This document shows, in pieces, positions 40,021-50,081 of a DNA stretch of 64,000 nucleotides (positions within the stretch are counted from its first letter, which is position 1; every line of letters starts with the position of its first letter). A model generated the notes under the pieces. That model saw only the letters and a program-made list of their open reading frames with translations. It did no database searches and was not told where the DNA came from. The DNA is from a virus: positions 1-64,000 of IMG/VR virus record IMGVR_UViG_3300025466_000012, one strand, 5' to 3'. A program made the position numbers and the translations under genes.

Positions 40021-41580
40021 ATGGCCGACGAAGCCAATCTAGTCAAGGCGCCACATCGGCGCCAGACCTACACCGAAATCCAGCTGTCAGAATTTGTGGC
40101 CTGTATGGATCCAGTCACAGGTCCGCACTACTTCATGGATAATTTTTTCCATATCCAGCATCCAACCAAGGGCAAGATGCTGTATCGGGCGTTCGACTAT
40201 CAAAAACGCCTGATTGACACCTATCACAACTACAGATACAGCATCAGCATGATGCCTAGACAGACTGGTAAAAGTACCAGTGCTGCCGGTTATTTGCTAT
40301 GGATGGCCATGTTTCGCCCAGACAGCACCATCTTGATTGCTGCACACAAGTACACTGGTAGCCAAGAGATCATGCAGAGAATACGTTATGCCTATGAGCT
40401 GTGTCCGGATCATATCCGTGCCGGTGTGACCAGCTACAACAAGGGCAACCTGGACTTTGAAAACGGGTCAAGGATAGTATCGACCACTACAACAGAAAAT
40501 ACCGGTCGTGGTATGAGTATCACACTCCTGTACTGTGACGAGTTTGCATTCGTGCGTCCCACCATAGCACGCGAGTTCTGGACTTCGATCAGCCCTACCT
40601 TGGCCACTGGTGGTAAAGCCATCATTACCAGCACCCCCAACTCAGACGAAGATCAATTTGCCTTGATCTGGAAAGGAGCCAATCGATGTGAAGACAGCTA
40701 CGGCAATCCTACCGAGATCGGCATCAATGGATTTAGAGCTTATAGAAGCTACTGGAACGAACATCCAGATAGAGATGAACGTTGGGCCTCAGAACAGCGA
40801 GCCCAGCTGGGAGACGATCGTTTCCGGCGCGAAATGGGTTGCGAATTCTTGATCTACGAAGAGACCTTGATAGCACCAGCCAAACTGGTAGACATGACCG
40901 GAATTGATCCGGTCGCGACCATAGGACAAGTGCGATGGTATCAGACACCCAAACCGGGACGTATCTACACTGTGAGTCTGGATCCCAGTCTGGGCACCGG
41001 TGGCGACAATGCGGCCATACAGATATTTGAAGCCAATACCACCGAGCAGATAGGCGAGTGGAAACACAACCGGACAGCCATACCTGAACAGATACAACTG
41101 CTGGCATCGATCTGCGCCCATATCAACGAAACAGTAAAAAATCCTGAAAACATCTACTACAGCGTGGAAAACAACAGCATAGGTGAAGCAGCCTTGGTCA
41201 GCTTGCAACAGTACGGTGAAGAAAACATCAAGGGCTATTTTTTAAGCGAAAGCGGAGCTGCTGGCCGCACGTATAGAAAAGGGTTCAATACCACACACAA
41301 GAGCAAGATAGCTGCCTGCTCCAAACTCAAGACCTTGATCGAAACCGGCAAGATGAAGATACGCAGCAGGCCTTTGATCAGCGAACTCAAAACCTTTGTG
41401 GCAGCCAAGATGAGCTATGCGGCCAAAATTGGTGAAAGCGACGACTTGGTCATGGCCACCTTGCTGGCTGTACGAATGATGCAACAGCTACAAAACTATC
41501 ATCCTGAAATGGACCGTCAGTTGAGAGATTTCAGCGACAACCTGATTCCACCAATGCCATTTGTGGCCACATTACGATAA
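40021..41580 (+). CDS. gp17: Terminase large subunit
   Basis: PRQTGKST (Walker A), LLYCDEFAF (Walker B), SLDPS and DDLVMA nuclease motifs. Confidence 0.95.
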   Translation: MADEANLVKAPHRRQTYTEIQLSEFVACMDPVTGPHYFMDNFFHIQHPTKGKMLYRAFDYQKRLIDTYHNYRYSISMMPRQTGKSTSAAGYLLWMAMFRPDSTILIAAHKYTGSQEIMQRIRYAYELCPDHIRAGVTSYNKGNLDFENGSRIVSTTTTENTGRGMSITLLYCDEFAFVRPTIAREFWTSISPTLATGGKAIITSTPNSDEDQFALIWKGANRCEDSYGNPTEIGINGFRAYRSYWNEHPDRDERWASEQRAQLGDDRFRREMGCEFLIYEETLIAPAKLVDMTGIDPVATIGQVRWYQTPKPGRIYTVSLDPSLGTGGDNAAIQIFEANTTEQIGEWKHNRTAIPEQIQLLASICAHINETVKNPENIYYSVENNSIGEAALVSLQQYGEENIKGYFLSESGAAGRTYRKGFNTTHKSKIAACSKLKTLIETGKMKIRSRPLISELKTFVAAKMSYAAKIGESDDLVMATLLAVRMMQQLQNYHPEMDRQLRDFSDNLIPPMPFVATLR

Positions 41581-41590
41581 ATAATAAATC

Positions 41591-44557
41591 ATGGCAAAAG
41601 AAACTATTGGAAAAAAACTCTACGATTTGCTGGCCACCCGGGACTATGACAACTTCCAGGCCCTGGACAGCGCCACTGGCAAGGTACCCGTAGATCCCAA
41701 AACAGGTGCACAGAATGTGGGCGAAGCCAACATGTTTGTGTTTGACTGGAGCTCCAGTCGCGGCAAAAACTACGGTACTGCTGTGATCTTGTTGACCGAC
41801 GATCATGATCTTGAACTGTACTTTGGCGACAACCTAGGCAAGACCATGGAAGATCGCGAAGACAAAAACGAGTGGTTTGCATTCATGGAGCAGCTGAGAC
41901 ATTTTGCCACACGTACCAATTTCAACGGATTCAGACCGCTCAACATCAATCAACTGAGACACAGCCTGCAAGGGCAAGCTGCCATCCGGGAAGGACTTTT
42001 TGAAAGCTGGCAAGGTCGCAAGAACATGAGCTGGAACGGTGTGGCCACCGAAGCCAGACTCATGATACGTCACAAAAGAGACCTTGGACCCGACGAAGCC
42101 AGACACAGATATGTGGAGAGCCTGTTCATTGAAACAGCAGAAGGTGAACGTTACAAATTGCCATTTGTGAATCTAGGCGGTGGCAAGGCCATGCTGGAAC
42201 ATGTGCGCCAGGGTGGCAGACCCTACGATACAAGAGGTCAACACATAGCCAACATGATCCAAGAGATCAATATTTTGAGCAGATTTGAACGCAGCGTGGC
42301 CGGCGATGCCTTGATGGAAGGCGATACTGCGCAACTGGTGACCGAAGCTCACGGGTACAAACACAGTCTCAAAACCAATCTCAAACGTCTGGCTACCGGA
42401 CGCGGATACGCAGACTATTTTGAATCATGGAATCCGGCCAGCATCACTGAGCAAGATGTGGTAGTGGAAAGTCTCAAGCAACTGTTTGTAAAACAGACTC
42501 TGGACACCAGGATTGAACAAGCACTGCCGTTACTGGCAAAGATACAACAACAAGGACAAGCTATGAAAGAAGCCACGATATTTGAAGCCTGGGCCAACCG
42601 CCTGGTAGAAGGAACCTGGAGCCTGCCGGACACTCCAGAAAAACAGCAACAGCTGATAGATTTTATGAGCCAGGAACAACCGGTTGGTGCCGATGCTACA
42701 GATGCCACTGAGCAACTGTATGACATCCTGGGCGATGATCAGTTGTTTGATCGACTGAGTGAGTTGGCCGATCAGCACCCTGACAGCGATTGCCGCCAGT
42801 TGGTTCTGGACCGCATGCAGGAACTCAGCGATGATCCAGATGTGCGAGAGGCCTTGGAAAAACTCAATGTCAACACAGATGCTACCATGCACCCAGCGGC
42901 GGCTACTCCAGCCGATCTAGGCGGTGATAGCGATGGCGGCGACATCGATGAAAGCATGAGTGACCACCAGCATCATGTGTGGACTGTGCATTTTGCCGAC
43001 GGAACCCAGCGTCGTGTACCAGTAGGCAGCGATGAATTTGATTACGAAATCAAACGTATCCAGGATCATTTTGCCAAACAGGGACTTGAAGTGGTTGACG
43101 TGGACACAGATACTGCCATACACGGTGAACCACCCGCTGAACCAGAAGATTATGAAAAGACCGAAGGTGTCGCAGAAGGTCATGCAGACCAACAACGCAA
43201 AGTGTTTAAGAAGAATGGCAAGCCAGTAGGCGAAGTCGGTATTGACCGTGAATCGAGCCCAGGTGTTGGTCAGTATTACATGAAGCATTATGCTAGTGGT
43301 AAAGATTTGTCTGGGTATGATTCATACGAAGAAGCAGTAGCAGAACTAAAACATTGTCTAAAACAAGGTGTCGCAGAAGGTCATGCAGACCAACAACGCA
43401 AAGTGTTTAAGAAGAATGGCAAGCCAGTAGGCGAAGTCGGTATTGACCGTGAATCGAGCCCAGGTGTTGGTCAGTATTACATGAAGCATTATGCTAGTGG
43501 TAAAGATTTGTCTGGGTATGATTCATACGAAGAAGCAGTAGCAGAACTAAAACATTGTCTAAAACAAGGTGTGGCGGAAGGCTCAACTACACGAGGTGGG
43601 TTTGGTGGTTCAGCCAGTCAAGCACATCACGAAATTGAATGGCTTAAGAATAAGATTGAAACACTGAAACCGTTGTTGACCAAGAAACCCGGTGTTGCTC
43701 GTCAAATACGAGATTTGGAAAGACAGATCCGTGAGAGAGAACTGGCTATGGCATATCACGATCAAGGTGTGGCGGAAGATGCAATCCAATCTTTACGCAG
43801 AGCCGCTGGCTTGAATGAAAATGTGTTACGTGATAGCACCGGCAGCACACTGGATCATATTGCTGATAAATTCAAACGTGACATCCGAGATTTTGAAGCC
43901 ACAGGCAATCTCAGTGATGATTTGTTTGACGCACTATACGATTATTACCAAGATGACATGCCATACGGTGTACAAAAAGCTCGCTCGGGCGATCCGCACG
44001 ATTGGATCGCAGATCGAATCACTCAAGACTTAGGGTTACAACCAACCGATCTTGATCCGTTTGAAAAATTCAAATTGCGTAATAACGCAGCTCGTGACCA
44101 AGCAGGCATGCCACCCAATCCAGATTTCCAAGAAGAACGTGATCCACATTCGGTAGATGGCGGCATGGCCAATGCGTTGTTGGCTGACGATGCCGTCTGC
44201 AACATGAGCGATCATGGTCATCATTGCCCGGTACACGGAATTGAAGAATGTTGGGGTGCTGAATCCATGCCCGGTATGGAAGAAGGCGCAGTTGGAGCTG
44301 TAGCAGGTGCAGTACTAGCTCCTGAACTGGGACCACTGGCCAGCCGTGTTGGTAGCATGGCACAAGATGCCATGACCGATTCAGATGACGACCTTGACGA
44401 AGAAGGATTTGGTCTCAACCCAACTCCGGCAGCCATGGAAGAAGAACGCAGTCCGTTGGCTGGCATATATGGACATTCGGGCAAGATGAAGGAAGTGGGC
44501 CGTGACGTCGGCTTTTTGGACAGACTGAAAGAGCTGGCCGGCATGCGACAGGCATAA
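41591..44557 (+). CDS. 988-aa hypothetical protein with internal GVAE-bounded modules, putative head-internal protein
   Basis: ATAAATA at 41577; acidic; internal exact duplication. Confidence 0.7.
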   Translation: MAKETIGKKLYDLLATRDYDNFQALDSATGKVPVDPKTGAQNVGEANMFVFDWSSSRGKNYGTAVILLTDDHDLELYFGDNLGKTMEDREDKNEWFAFMEQLRHFATRTNFNGFRPLNINQLRHSLQGQAAIREGLFESWQGRKNMSWNGVATEARLMIRHKRDLGPDEARHRYVESLFIETAEGERYKLPFVNLGGGKAMLEHVRQGGRPYDTRGQHIANMIQEINILSRFERSVAGDALMEGDTAQLVTEAHGYKHSLKTNLKRLATGRGYADYFESWNPASITEQDVVVESLKQLFVKQTLDTRIEQALPLLAKIQQQGQAMKEATIFEAWANRLVEGTWSLPDTPEKQQQLIDFMSQEQPVGADATDATEQLYDILGDDQLFDRLSELADQHPDSDCRQLVLDRMQELSDDPDVREALEKLNVNTDATMHPAAATPADLGGDSDGGDIDESMSDHQHHVWTVHFADGTQRRVPVGSDEFDYEIKRIQDHFAKQGLEVVDVDTDTAIHGEPPAEPEDYEKTEGVAEGHADQQRKVFKKNGKPVGEVGIDRESSPGVGQYYMKHYASGKDLSGYDSYEEAVAELKHCLKQGVAEGHADQQRKVFKKNGKPVGEVGIDRESSPGVGQYYMKHYASGKDLSGYDSYEEAVAELKHCLKQGVAEGSTTRGGFGGSASQAHHEIEWLKNKIETLKPLLTKKPGVARQIRDLERQIRERELAMAYHDQGVAEDAIQSLRRAAGLNENVLRDSTGSTLDHIADKFKRDIRDFEATGNLSDDLFDALYDYYQDDMPYGVQKARSGDPHDWIADRITQDLGLQPTDLDPFEKFKLRNNAARDQAGMPPNPDFQEERDPHSVDGGMANALLADDAVCNMSDHGHHCPVHGIEECWGAESMPGMEEGAVGAVAGAVLAPELGPLASRVGSMAQDAMTDSDDDLDEEGFGLNPTPAAMEEERSPLAGIYGHSGKMKEVGRDVGFLDRLKELAGMRQA
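43164..43572 (+). repeat. Tandem duplication of a 201-bp (67-aa) unit
   Basis: Units start at 43164 and 43365; identical translations GVAEGHADQQRK...LKHCLKQ. Confidence 0.95.
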
Positions 44558-44747
44558 ATATCATTGTGACAGGCTGAAGCGCATGCTATAATACAACATG
44601 CGCTCAAAACTGATCTACCAAACTAACTCAAGCAACTTAACCAAAGATGTAGCAAACACTGACAGCAGAGTGTATAATCAGCTGTAAGGCAACATTTAAG
44701 GCAATCTTAAATCAACATTTTAAATCAACTTAGAAAGGCAACACAAA

Positions 44748-45734
44748 ATGGCGTCACTTAGCGAAATTAGAGCGAGACTAGCAGCATCAGAAAACAAACA
44801 GGGTACAGGTGGTAGCAGTGGTGGAGATGGAGCAATTTATCCACACTGGAATATGTCAGAAGGTGAAAGCGCCACCTTGCGATTCTTACCCGACGCAAAT
44901 ACCAAAAACACATTCTTTTGGGCCGAACGACAATTACTTCGTTTGCCATTCAACGGCATCAAAGGAGACATGGATTCAAAACAGGTGTATGTACAAGTGC
45001 CATGCGTAGAGATGTGGGGTGATCCATGTCCTGTGCTGGCTGAAGTGCGTACCTGGTTCAAAGACAAGAGCCTGGAAGAAATGGGTCGCAAGTACTGGAA
45101 GAAACGCAGTTACATTTTCCAAGGATTTGTGCGAAAGAATCCCATTGCTGACGACAAGACTCCGGCCAACCCCATCCGCAGATTTATCATAGGTCCACAG
45201 ATCTTTACCCTGATCAAGGGTGCCTTGATGGATCCCGAACTGGAAGAGTTGCCCACTGACATCATGCGTGGTCTAGACTTTACCATCGCCAAGACCAGCA
45301 AGGGTGGATATGCTGACTACAACACTTCAAAGTGGAGTCGTAAAGAATCAGCCTTGACTGAAGAAGAACAAACAGCTATCGCCGAACATGGCCTGTTTGA
45401 TCTCAGCACATTCATGCCCAAGCGTCCAACTGACGTGGAGCTCAAGATCATCAAAGAAATGTTCGAAGCCAGTGTAGACGGACAGAGCTATGATACTGAA
45501 CGTTGGGGTGCCTACTACAGACCAGCCGGTGTAACGGCTCCTGCTGGCACCGGCTCAACTCCAGCCATGGTCGATCTAGACGAAGATGCGCCAGCAGTCA
45601 AGTCAGTAGCGGCTCCAACTGTCAATGACTTTGATGACGAACCTGTTGCAACCGCAGCGCCAGTACAAGCCAAACCGGCCGCAGGCAACACACAGGACAT
45701 CTTGGCCATGATCCGCGCACGTCAAAAGCAGTAA
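44748..45734 (+). CDS. gp32: Single-stranded DNA-binding protein
   Basis: LRFLPD, YWKKRSYIFQG, GYADYNTSKW; acidic tail ending DILAMIRARQ. Confidence 0.92.
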   Translation: MASLSEIRARLAASENKQGTGGSSGGDGAIYPHWNMSEGESATLRFLPDANTKNTFFWAERQLLRLPFNGIKGDMDSKQVYVQVPCVEMWGDPCPVLAEVRTWFKDKSLEEMGRKYWKKRSYIFQGFVRKNPIADDKTPANPIRRFIIGPQIFTLIKGALMDPELEELPTDIMRGLDFTIAKTSKGGYADYNTSKWSRKESALTEEEQTAIAEHGLFDLSTFMPKRPTDVELKIIKEMFEASVDGQSYDTERWGAYYRPAGVTAPAGTGSTPAMVDLDEDAPAVKSVAAPTVNDFDDEPVATAAPVQAKPAAGNTQDILAMIRARQKQ

Positions 45735-45796
45735 TCAACTATCAGTAACAAACACACCCAGGGACTGTCCCTGGGTCTGACACAAGGAGCATAAAC

Positions 45797-46858
45797 ATGG
45801 CCAATAAACCATTTGACATATCAAAATTCCGCAAGGACATTACCAAGAGTATTGACGGACTCAGTATTGGATTTAACGATCCTACTGATTGGATTTCAAC
45901 CGGCAACTTTGCCTTGAACTATCTTATTTCAGGAGATTTCAACAAGGGTATTCCGTTGGGCAAGGTCACGGTATTTGCTGGCGAATCCGGAGCAGGTAAA
46001 AGTTACATCTGCTCTGGTAACATTGTAAAAAACGCACAACAACAAGGCATTTTTGTGATCTTGATTGACACAGAAAATGCGCTGGATGAAAAGTGGTTGC
46101 ATGATCTAGGTGTAAGCACAGATGAAAGCAAGTTGCTCAAACTCAACATGGCCATGATCGATGATGTGGCCAAAACAATCAGCACATTCATGATCGATTA
46201 CAAGGCCTTGCCCGATGGCGAGCGTCCCAAGGTGCTGTTTGTGATTGACAGCTTGGGCATGTTGCTTACTCCCACTGATGTCAATCAGTTTGAAGCAGGT
46301 GACATGAAAGGTGACATGGGTCGTAAACCCAAGGCACTGACAGCATTGGTGCGTAACTCGGTCAACATGTTTGGCAGTTTCAACGTGGGCCTGGTTGCAA
46401 CCAATCATACCTATGCCAGCCAAGACATGTTTGATCCAGATGACAAGATTTCAGGCGGACAAGGATTTATCTACGCCTCCAGTATCGTGGTAGCCATGAA
46501 GAAGATGAAGCTGAAAGAAGACGAGGATGGCAACAAGATCAGCGAAGTCATGGGTATCCGTGCTGGTTGCAAGGTCATGAAAACTCGCTATGCCAAGCCA
46601 TTTGAAGGCATGCAGGTCAAGATTCCTTACGAAACAGGTATGAATCCCTACTCGGGACTGACCGATTTGGCTGAGAAAAAAGGACTGTTGAAAAAAGACG
46701 GGAATAGACTAATGTTTGTGACCAGTGATGGTGAAATTATCAAACAGTTCCGCAAGGCCTGGGAATCAAACGAAGACGGATGCTTGGACCGGGTCATGGC
46801 TGATTTTGTCAATCAGCGAGAAACGGTAAGTACTGAAGATACAGCCACGGAGGAATAA
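45797..46858 (+). CDS. uvsX: RecA-like recombinase
   Basis: GESGAGKS Walker A; IDTENALD; VIDSLG; SGG.GFIYASS. Confidence 0.95.
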   Translation: MANKPFDISKFRKDITKSIDGLSIGFNDPTDWISTGNFALNYLISGDFNKGIPLGKVTVFAGESGAGKSYICSGNIVKNAQQQGIFVILIDTENALDEKWLHDLGVSTDESKLLKLNMAMIDDVAKTISTFMIDYKALPDGERPKVLFVIDSLGMLLTPTDVNQFEAGDMKGDMGRKPKALTALVRNSVNMFGSFNVGLVATNHTYASQDMFDPDDKISGGQGFIYASSIVVAMKKMKLKEDEDGNKISEVMGIRAGCKVMKTRYAKPFEGMQVKIPYETGMNPYSGLTDLAEKKGLLKKDGNRLMFVTSDGEIIKQFRKAWESNEDGCLDRVMADFVNQRETVSTEDTATEE

Positions 46859-46860
46859 CA

Positions 46861-47109
46861 ATGACATTGGAACTGGTAAGCGAAATCTGGAGCGAGCTCC
46901 GGCGTTATGTAAACACAACCGATCGAGACGACGCAGCCGAATGCATGGTGTCGGTACTGATCGACAACAACATCGATGCTGACGAAATCAAATCTGCGTT
47001 CAAAACCGACAGTGAAGTCAGGCGTGCCTTGACCACCTATCTACAGAATCATGATGAGGATGAGGATGAAGAAGACTATGCCGATGACACCGACGACGAT
47101 GATTACTGA
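46861..47109 (+). CDS. Hypothetical protein with acidic tail
   Basis: 82-aa ORF after uvsX. Confidence 0.7.
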   Translation: MTLELVSEIWSELRRYVNTTDRDDAAECMVSVLIDNNIDADEIKSAFKTDSEVRRALTTYLQNHDEDEDEEDYADDTDDDDY

Positions 47110-48244
47110 TTTTTATTGCAATCAAAAATTTTATTTTTTATCAGTTGATCTTGAGAGAAGGTCGGCATACTCGTGTTGCTCGGCTACTCCTTCAAAAATA
47201 GATATACAGTGGATCAAAAAAAATCCTGGAAAACTTTTTAATACTCCTCAGCTTCAGCAGGAACGTCAGGACATGTTGGCTAACATTGCGGTTGACAGTT
47301 GCAAAACAAACTGTTGGAATCCTGAACAAAACAACTTAGTAAGTCGCCGCATGATGTATAACGGCCAGATCAAAACTCATACCGACATAAACTCTCGGCC
47401 CGAAGTATTGAACATTGTGTTAGGATCCAGTTGTAATCTGACCTGTTCTTATTGCGACAAACAGTACAGCAGTGCATGGTTGAGAGATATCAAAACCAAT
47501 GGTGCCTACCTTGACTTACCAAAATTTAATTTGACCAGAGCAGATCAAATCTTGTCAAATATCAGTCAAAACGAGCATCTGGAATCAGATGGTTTTAACA
47601 CGTTGACAAAAGAAATTGGATCGTTTGATCGGCTGGATAAAGTTGTTGTTTCTGGCGGAGAACCCTTTCTGTTTAACAAATTACCACAGCTTTTAAACAA
47701 TCTGGGTCCGGTAAAACACATAGAGATTTTTACAGGGCTAGGAGTTGGTCATGACAGATTGAAAAATCAACTGGATAAAATCGACCATATCAAAAATTTA
47801 AAAATGATTGTCAGCGCAGAAAATATCGACAGATACTACGAATTCAATAGACACGGCAACAGCTATGATAATTTTTGTAAAAATCTTGAACTGTTGCGCA
47901 ATAGAGGATTTGATATCGGATTTAGCTCGGTGGTCAGCAACGTGACCATCTTTGGTTTGATCGATTTTGTTGATCGTTACGGCGACGAAAATATAATTTA
48001 TTCGATGTGCAACGACCCAGATTTTTTAAAATTGGGGGTGCTAGATCCCGACAGTAAAGATCGACTGATAGCTCAATTTGAATCCAGCACTATTACAATA
48101 CGAGAATCCATCATACAAAATTTACAAATATTGCCCACTGAACAACAACGTCAACAGTTTTCGACCTTTGTCAAAGAGTTTGCTCGCAGACGTGAATTGA
48201 GTCTTGGCATTTTTCCAAACAGCATGTTACAATGGCTAGAATAA
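47099..48244 (+). CDS. Radical SAM protein
   Basis: CNLTCSYC (CxxxCxxC) and SGGEPF; AT-rich. Confidence 0.85.
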   Translation: MITDFYCNQKFYFLSVDLERRSAYSCCSATPSKIDIQWIKKNPGKLFNTPQLQQERQDMLANIAVDSCKTNCWNPEQNNLVSRRMMYNGQIKTHTDINSRPEVLNIVLGSSCNLTCSYCDKQYSSAWLRDIKTNGAYLDLPKFNLTRADQILSNISQNEHLESDGFNTLTKEIGSFDRLDKVVVSGGEPFLFNKLPQLLNNLGPVKHIEIFTGLGVGHDRLKNQLDKIDHIKNLKMIVSAENIDRYYEFNRHGNSYDNFCKNLELLRNRGFDIGFSSVVSNVTIFGLIDFVDRYGDENIIYSMCNDPDFLKLGVLDPDSKDRLIAQFESSTITIRESIIQNLQILPTEQQRQQFSTFVKEFARRRELSLGIFPNSMLQWLE

Positions 48245-48253
48245 AAGGAAATC

Positions 48254-48706
48254 ATGTGGTATAGCAAAATAACCAGCGACATTGGCAATATTCCTGATTT
48301 TGTCAGCTATTACGAACAACAACTGTTGGAAGCCAAATTGGAATGTCGAGTAGGCGGTCTGATTGAAAAAAACATAACCACCTTACCTGGCATCACCGAG
48401 CATAGATTCAATCAGCTACAAGAAATCGAAGCTGTACTCAACTTTCTCAACATACAGCTGAGGAAAATCCGTCGCAAGCATTTCCAGAAATATCTAGAAG
48501 GCTATGCCAGGGCCTTGACCAGTCGAGATGCTGAAAAATACGTGGACGGAGAAGATGAAGTTATTGATTTTGAAACCTTGATCAACGAAGTGGCATTGTT
48601 GCGTAACAAATTTTTAGGCATAATTAAAGCATTTGAAAGCAAGAATTTCATGCTGGGGCATGTGGTTCGATTGCGAGCAGCCGGCATGGAGGACATACAG
48701 GTATGA
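48254..48706 (+). CDS. uvsY: Recombination mediator
   Basis: RKIRRKHFQKYLEGYARALTSRDAEKYVDGE. Confidence 0.85.
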   Translation: MWYSKITSDIGNIPDFVSYYEQQLLEAKLECRVGGLIEKNITTLPGITEHRFNQLQEIEAVLNFLNIQLRKIRRKHFQKYLEGYARALTSRDAEKYVDGEDEVIDFETLINEVALLRNKFLGIIKAFESKNFMLGHVVRLRAAGMEDIQV

Positions 48707-49467
48707 CATTTACCAACACACAACAGAGCCATGCTCACAGTCGTTATGTGATTGACCAGCTGTACGAGTACGATGATTTCATGAGCAGCATCGGCACCTT
48801 GATCGATATGGGCTGTGGTCGTGGCCTAGATCTCGATTGGTGGGCCACTGCTACCACCCGAGACGAGAATCCCGAACCGTTGAATATCCAATGCGTGGGT
48901 GTGGACCTAGACGATGACCCAGGTATTGGCAACAGATACGCCAACTTGGCTTATCAAAAAACTGATTTTGAACAACAGGGCATTGACTTGATCGGTCAGT
49001 CTCGTACCTATGATGTGGTCTGGTGTCATGACGCATTCCAGTATGCAATTGATCCGTTGCGCACCTTGTCACAGTGGTGGAACATCACCAGCGACGGTGG
49101 CATGCTGTATATAGGAATACCACAAACCACCAACATGCGTCGAGGGCAACAGGATTTCACACAGGTCTCGGGCTGTTATCACCACTATACCATGGTCAGT
49201 CTCATACATCAGTTGGCTGTATGCGGATGGGATTGTCGTGCTGGATTTTTCTCCAAACAGATAAATGATCCCTGGATACATGCTGTGGTATATAAAAGCG
49301 AAATTGGGCCGCAAGATCCGAGAACTACCACTTGGTATCAATTGGCCGAACAGGGGTTGATACCCGAAAGTGCTGCTCGTAGCGTGCAAGCACACGGGTA
49401 TTTGAGACAGCAGGATCTGGTAGTGGCCTGGTTGGACAAAGGTTTACAATACATGGGACATCAATAA
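48703..49467 (+). CDS. Class I SAM-dependent methyltransferase
   Basis: IDMGCGRG, YDVVWCHD, GGMLYI. Confidence 0.75.
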   Translation: MTFTNTQQSHAHSRYVIDQLYEYDDFMSSIGTLIDMGCGRGLDLDWWATATTRDENPEPLNIQCVGVDLDDDPGIGNRYANLAYQKTDFEQQGIDLIGQSRTYDVVWCHDAFQYAIDPLRTLSQWWNITSDGGMLYIGIPQTTNMRRGQQDFTQVSGCYHHYTMVSLIHQLAVCGWDCRAGFFSKQINDPWIHAVVYKSEIGPQDPRTTTWYQLAEQGLIPESAARSVQAHGYLRQQDLVVAWLDKGLQYMGHQ

Positions 49468-49468
49468 C

Positions 49469-49795
49469 ATGAAAACAGAAAGAATCTGGGGATACTATCG
49501 AGTGATCGACGAGACCCCCAACATGAAAGTCAAAGAATTGGTCGTAGAGCCAGGAAAAAGTCTCAGCATGCAACGGCATTTCAAACGCAACGAATTCTGG
49601 GTCATACAGTCTGGAGCCTGTGTGGTCAACCTGGAATCAGAATCGGTACCGTTGATACAGCACGAAATCATGGCCATTCCGGTTGAGGCCTGGCATCAGC
49701 TGACCAACCCATACAACGAGCCCTGTCATGTGATGGAGATACAGTACGGCGACGCCTGCGACGAAGCAGACATAGAAAGACAAGCTCTAAAATAG
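49469..49795 (+). CDS. Cupin, mannose-6-phosphate isomerase type II C-terminal-like
   Basis: R.WGYY, VKELVVEPGKSLSMQRH..RNEFW, WHQL.N, EIQYG..C.E.DI. Confidence 0.85.
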   Translation: MKTERIWGYYRVIDETPNMKVKELVVEPGKSLSMQRHFKRNEFWVIQSGACVVNLESESVPLIQHEIMAIPVEAWHQLTNPYNEPCHVMEIQYGDACDEADIERQALK

Positions 49796-49818
49796 ACCCT
49801 GCTAGATGCAGGGTTTTT
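49796..49818 (+). terminator. Intrinsic terminator
   Basis: ACCCTGC-tagat-GCAGGGT followed by TTTT. Confidence 0.75.
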
Positions 49819-49823
49819 CATGG

Positions 49824-49852
49824 TTGACCAAAATGTCAAGATCGGTTATAAT
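49824..49852 (+). promoter_or_regulatory. Sigma70-like promoter TTGACC-N17-TATAAT
   Basis: Consensus match. Confidence 0.8.
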
Positions 49853-49880
49853 GTATGTATAGTAACAAATTAGGAGCAAT

Positions 49881-50081
49881 ATGGCTTATACTGTTTTTGC
49901 ACACGATACCAGTTTTGGTCCAAGAAAAGGCCTAGAAGGCCCGTTCCATTACCCCAATGGTCAGGTGTTGTATTATGACAACAAGGCCGGTGAATATTGG
50001 GATCCACGCACAGATTTCTATGTGGAACGCGATCGTGTTGCTGAATTACAACAGTCGATACTGGACAGAATCCGCGGTTGA
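49881..50081 (+). CDS. Small early hypothetical protein
   Basis: Promoter plus AGGAG SD; aromatic-rich 66 aa. Confidence 0.7.
   Translation: MAYTVFAHDTSFGPRKGLEGPFHYPNGQVLYYDNKAGEYWDPRTDFYVERDRVAELQQSILDRIRG

Noticed and set aside
39989-40042. 17-codon ORF overlapping the terminase start behind a CATAAT box
   Set aside because: Too short with no supporting motif; probably chance
43164-43780. CRISPR array
   Set aside because: Repeats are only 15-17 bp, the intervening units are about 185 bp and coding in frame, and there are no cas genes or leader
47051-47098. ORF-track N-terminal extensions (also 20673, 22064, 23439, 25843, 26408, 34108, 37801, 39220, 50116, 51260, 57039)
   Set aside because: They overlap upstream genes or promoters; downstream ATGs fit SD, promoter or coupling signals better
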